Assembly: GCA_964016885.1 (NCBI GenBank)
Contig: CAXHJY010001637.1
Coordinates: 7,195-71,194 of the forward strand
Direction: 5' to 3'
DNA: 64,000 nucleotides
Source: Eledone cirrhosa
Taxonomy: Eukaryota
The notes beneath the pieces are model-generated. The model was not told where the DNA came from, did not search any database, and worked only from the letters and a program-made list of their open reading frames with translations. Shown one piece after another: positions 59,562 to 64,000 of this stretch. The translations under genes and the position numbers were made by a program. Position 1 is the first letter of the stretch. Each line of letters opens with the position of its first letter.

Positions 59562-62532
59562 ATAACTTTGATAACTTTGATAGGTTTCGGTCAGTATTGG
59601 CCCAGGCTAACTTAATAGCACCACCTGGCGAAGTCTTACAAATCAGTGTTTGGGCACCATGGCCCACTCGAGCAGAGAGTTATTGTTTACGGAGTCATAT
59701 CCGGGTGTAGGACGCTTATCCGGGATTTCTTGAAGGAACTTATCCAAGGACTTCTTGAACTTGATGGGGTCTGTCTCTGCTTTGATGTGTTTTGGTGTAA
59801 TGCTAAAGAGTGCAGGGCCAATTGAGGGGAAATAATTGTGCCGTATTGTTATTATGTGATGCGAGTGAGATTTTTGTTGTGGGCGGATAGCACGGGACCC
59901 AAGCCTTGCGTGTACACTAAAGGTGATGCCAACATCATTTGGGCTAAGCTGATGGAATATTTTCCACATCATACAGATAATGTAGCGCTCACGGCGACGT
60001 TGAAGAGAATAAAGTTTGAGCTTTTCTAATCGACTCCAATAGTCAAGGCCTGTCATGCCAACTATCTTTTTTGTAATTGACCTTTGGGGTACTTCAACTT
60101 TCATAATACTTTGTTTCGTGTGGGGTGACCACAGTGGACAACAGTATTCAAGGTGGGGTCGGGCAAAAGTGGAGAAGAGAAGGACAACAGTGTGGATATC
60201 TCTCGACTGGAATGTTCTGAGAATCCAGGAACACATTCTGCGGGCCATATCAACTTTGCTGCTTATATGAGTGGCCCAGCTTATATTGTTGTCCACAATT
60301 ACTCCCAGGTCTCTGATGTTATTGGAAGCCACTAGAGTTTCACCCAAAGGAAGAGAGATGTTATTGGAAGCCACTAGAGTTTCACCCAAAGGAAGAGAGT
60401 ATGGTAGTTTCAGGGCATCCTTTTTTCCAAAGTGGATTAGTTCAAATTTATCCTCATTCAACAGCATATTATTCATCTCTGCTCATTGGATAACAGCCTG
60501 TAGGTCTGACTGAAGGCAAGTCCGGTCACCCACCTCATTGATGACCCTTTGGAGCTTGGAATCATCTGCGAAGATTCTGATGTTACTGTGTTTGATGATG
60601 TCAGTAATGTTATTAATGTAGATGATGAAAAGAAGTGGGCCCAACACAGTGCCTCGTGGGACGCCACTGCTGACTTTGGCAGGGCTTGATTTTACTCCTT
60701 CGACTGCAACATGCTGGGTTCTGCCTGTCAGGAAACATTTGATCCACTGTAGTAACCTTCCAGAGACACCAACAGTGGATAGTTTTTTCAGTAGAATTTT
60801 ATGATCAACTCTGTCGAAAGCCTTGCTGAAATCAAGGTAGATGACATCAGTGTTGGAGCCCTCTCCCAAGGCCCTCAAAACATCGTCAAAGTGATGCAGG
60901 AGCTGCGTTAGGCAGTCCCTTCCATTGCGGAACCCATGCTGGTTGGAGTTCAGCAGGCAGTTGCTTTCAAGAAAGTGGGTTATTCGTCATCTCACCACCC
61001 TCTCAAATACCTTGATGATATGAGAGGGGAGTGAGATCGGACGGTAGTTCACTGCAAGGGACTTATTTCCCTTTTTGAAGACTGGGACAACGGACTGGGA
61101 CAGAAAGTTTTCAGGAATATAGCCAGTGTCCAGTGAGTTCTTCCACAGATTAGCAAGAGGAGTTGCAAGTTGGTGTCGACACACCTTCAGGACACAAGCA
61201 GGGAACCTGTGGGGGCCTACTGCTGAATTGTGTTTAATTTTGTTTATTGCCGCTAAGACATCAGGGGCGCCAAACGTTATGTCTGATATAGTGTGTTGGG
61301 GGTTAATATCACTGATACGGCCCAGATCGGCCATATCAGGGTTGCTGGAAACAGAGCAGTATTGTTTCTGCAGTAACTCGCCCATGGTTTTGGCATTGTC
61401 CTGGAGTGTGCCATTTTCATCAACTAGGGGCCAACAGTGGAGACAGTGACCTTGTGTTTTTTAGCGAATGAGAAGAACACTTTTTGAGTTTGATTTTCTC
61501 AATGGCCCACCTGTCTTCGGCTATTCTCTGGTTATTGATGATGGTCATCATGCATTGCTGGAGGTTATATTTCTTGACTCAAGCAGGGTGATAGCCATTG
61601 AATGTGTGTGTTGCTGTTGGCAGTATCTTAGTGTGTTAATTTTTTTGTTTGTTCTTTTTATTTTTCTGATAATTGTTTTTCTGTTTTGGGGGATACTGCA
61701 CTTGGTTTTGTTCACAGGTTTTGGTGGGGTGTGTTTTGTACATATATTTGTGACAGTGTCTACAAAGATCTGCCAAGATGTTATGATGTTGGTAGAAGTG
61801 TGTGCGTGTGTAAAAGACCACTCGACATGCGATAGTTCGTTCATAATTGCATCCCAGTTGGCATAGTAGAGATCCATGTTATCAAATGGGTGGGATGGAG
61901 AGAGGACCCTGGATTAGCTTTCGGCTGGTGGAATCTCAGGTTACAAAGAACCATGTCATGGTCTGAGAGAAGGTTTTTTTTACACTGTAATATTATGTAT
62001 AGTGTTAGTGTGGTTACTAAACACTAGATCCAGAATGTTCTTCTGATGCCTCGTTGGTGCAAGGACAAGTTGTGACAAGAAAAACTCATTCATGAAGTCA
62101 AGAAGTGACTCGACAGCCTCTTTGTCAGTGGTTGAGGCTGTGGAGCCTGGTTTCAAACTACATGTAGACCAATCGACACAGGGTAGATTAAAGTCTCCCA
62201 TCAAAAGTATGTTGCTAGAATGGCACTGTTTAATAAAGCATTTAATACTGTTGAGGCATTCTTTGAAACAGAATATGGGTGTTTGTGGCGGCCTATAGAG
62301 CCCAACTAATGTCAGGTCATTGGCTTTATTGTGCACAGTGACTGATTCACAGTATCCATTAGAGAATGTTGTGTTGCCATCTGCCGTAAAGGAATCATGC
62401 AGGAAAATGGCAGTTCCAGCCTGCTTTCTGCCTACACGATCCGCACGGATGGTTGTGAAATTTCTCACTCTTACTTCGGCCTCCAAGTGGGAGTTGTCAA
62501 GGTGGGAGTTGTCTCAGTAAGAATGAAGAAGG
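59562..62532 (-). mobile_element. CR1-type LINE copy 3, diverged subfamily, many frameshifts
   Basis: APE and RT fragments colinear with copy 1; 42-bp in-frame tandem duplication ([14 protein letters not shown]) at ~60315-60400; same 3' UTR and TCAAAGTTA tail. Confidence 0.9.
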
Positions 62533-62540
62533 GGAAGGAA

Positions 62541-62667
62541 TTGTGGTAAGGAACCAGATGGACCATAACGCACCAGAGTACTCAATACTTAGGGTAGTAG
62601 AGTGGGAAATAGGAAAAAGTCTGACCCCGACGGCAGGGCTCAAGCCGTTCCGACGGCTATTTTTTTT

Positions 62668-62672
<5 letters not shown>
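62541..62672 (-). mobile_element. family C pLTR 3' fragment
   Basis: Matches 7494-7612; stops at CGACGGCTA, i.e. at stem II of the hammerhead. Confidence 0.75.
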
Positions 62673-62714
<42 letters not shown>

Positions 62715-63005
62715 TAGCGAGAATCGTATTTCGGTTTTGGAATTAGCGAAAAACAACTTCCGAGATGTGGGGCAAGCGCTCAATAATTCTGAAGAACCAG
62801 AGCTACAACATACGTTAAAGGCCAAACAGACTGAGACGATGGTTAAAACCGTCATCTGCATAGCCATAGAAACGACCAAGTAATTCGGATCAAACAAATA
62901 AAAAAAATATGTGATTGAACAATTTACCCGGACCCCTGGATGGTTGGTAAAATCCAGCATTTGGGTTTCTGCGACTCCTAAATGAAGTACTGCCTGCTTA
63001 GACAA

Positions 63006-63183
63006 ATAATTGTTTCTACTTTAGGCACAAGGCCAGCAATTACCCAGTGCATTACTGGTATTTTATTTTATCGACCCCGTAAGGATGAAAGGCAAAGTCA
63101 ACCTCGGCGGGATTTGAACTCAGATCGTAAAGGGACGTAACTATGCTGGAAAGCATGGCGTCCGACCCTCTACCGATACTGCA
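63006..63183 (-). mobile_element. family S1 SINE
   Basis: Matches 30736-30916. Confidence 0.85.
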
Positions 63184-63351
63184 GGTTTCTGGTAAGATGA
63201 TTGAACAAGGAAGTCACTTTCTCAACAGGTTTTAGTTCAAGTGCCAGGCGATACCCACGTGGGGCTCGACAAGGGGATGATATATATATATAGTACAAGG
63301 AGACAACAAACAGAAGTACAAAAAGTCTTATTAGTTTCAAACGTTATCGCT

Positions 63352-63451
63352 GAGGTTATCTTTGCCTTTCATCCTTACGGGGTAGGTAAAATAAAGTACC
63401 AGTAATACACTGAAATAATTGCTGGCCTTGTGCCAAAAGTAGAAACAGTTA
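63352..63451 (+). mobile_element. 3' half of family S1 SINE
   Basis: TTTGCCTTTCATCCTTACGGGGT..AGTAGAAACAGTTA. Confidence 0.85.
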
Positions 63452-63544
63452 TATATATATAACATAGCTGAACGTTGGTTCACTTTGTTTCATGACATCG
63501 ACCCATTGTACACATCTCTCTGTTTATATTTTCATGTTTTGCAG

Positions 63545-63577
63545 TGTTGCAACAGATTAACTTTATTTCCAACTATT
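63545..63577 (+). CDS. candidate 33-nt host micro-exon
   Basis: Pyrimidine tract ending TTTTTGCAG, donor GTAAGT, length divisible by 3, two open frames (LQQINFISNY or CCNRLTLFPTI). Confidence 0.25.
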
Positions 63578-63751
63578 GTAAGTCTTATATACCTTTAATG
63601 TCGTCTGCCATGTTACCTTGTTTTGTTTTTTTCTTAACACACACACACACATACATACATACACAAACACACACATGCATACACACACACACACACAAAT
63701 ATATATATATTTACATATATGTATGTGTATATATATGTATATATATATATG

Positions 63752-63783
<32 letters not shown>

Positions 63784-63833
63784 TATATTTTTATTTACAC
63801 ATATATATATCTGTCTTTATATATATGTATATA

Positions 63834-63916
<83 letters not shown>

Positions 63917-64000
63917 TATATACATATATATATATATATACATATATATACATATATATGTAAATGTATATATATACATATATATACATATACACATATA

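Noticed and set aside
62725-62883. ~50-codon open frame on the + strand as a host exon
   Set aside because: Poor splice acceptor and no recognisable protein motif

Overview
Eukaryotic, very AT-rich, repeat-dominated DNA. The (TA)n seas, (CA)n/(GA)n tracts and the abundant tRNA-SINE with a GCCTTTCATCCTTACGGGGTCGATAAAAT core resemble an octopus/cephalopod genome (inference). Almost all IYIY/CVCV/THTH ORFs in the track are microsatellite artefacts. Real content: (i) a near full-length but frameshifted Penelope-like retroelement (RT + C-terminal GIY-YIG, direct and inverted pseudo-LTRs) at about 9.5-15.2 kb, plus two Nematis-type GIY-YIG fragments; (ii) three CR1-type LINEs, one with an ORF2 broken by a single nonsense codon and a CCCH-finger ORF1; (iii) a Tx1/L1-type LINE in (TCTA)n/(TC)n; (iv) RTE, CRE-like and Tc1 relics and several SINEs. 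The main signal is non-coding. The short islands between (TA)n tracts are mostly ORF-less, Penelope-type pLTR/retrozyme-like elements. I can read about 15 intact or near-intact type-I hammerhead ribozymes from about 9 sequence families, plus degenerate copies. They show compensatory core changes (C3-G8 to U3-A8), mostly palindromic stem III and sometimes long stem II inserts. Two occur in partial tandem units (595 and 469 bp). Nearly all these elements share an outward-facing inverted architecture whose short arm ends at an internal TA site. Two weak candidate host exons lie on the + strand. Element boundaries were read by eye and are approximate.
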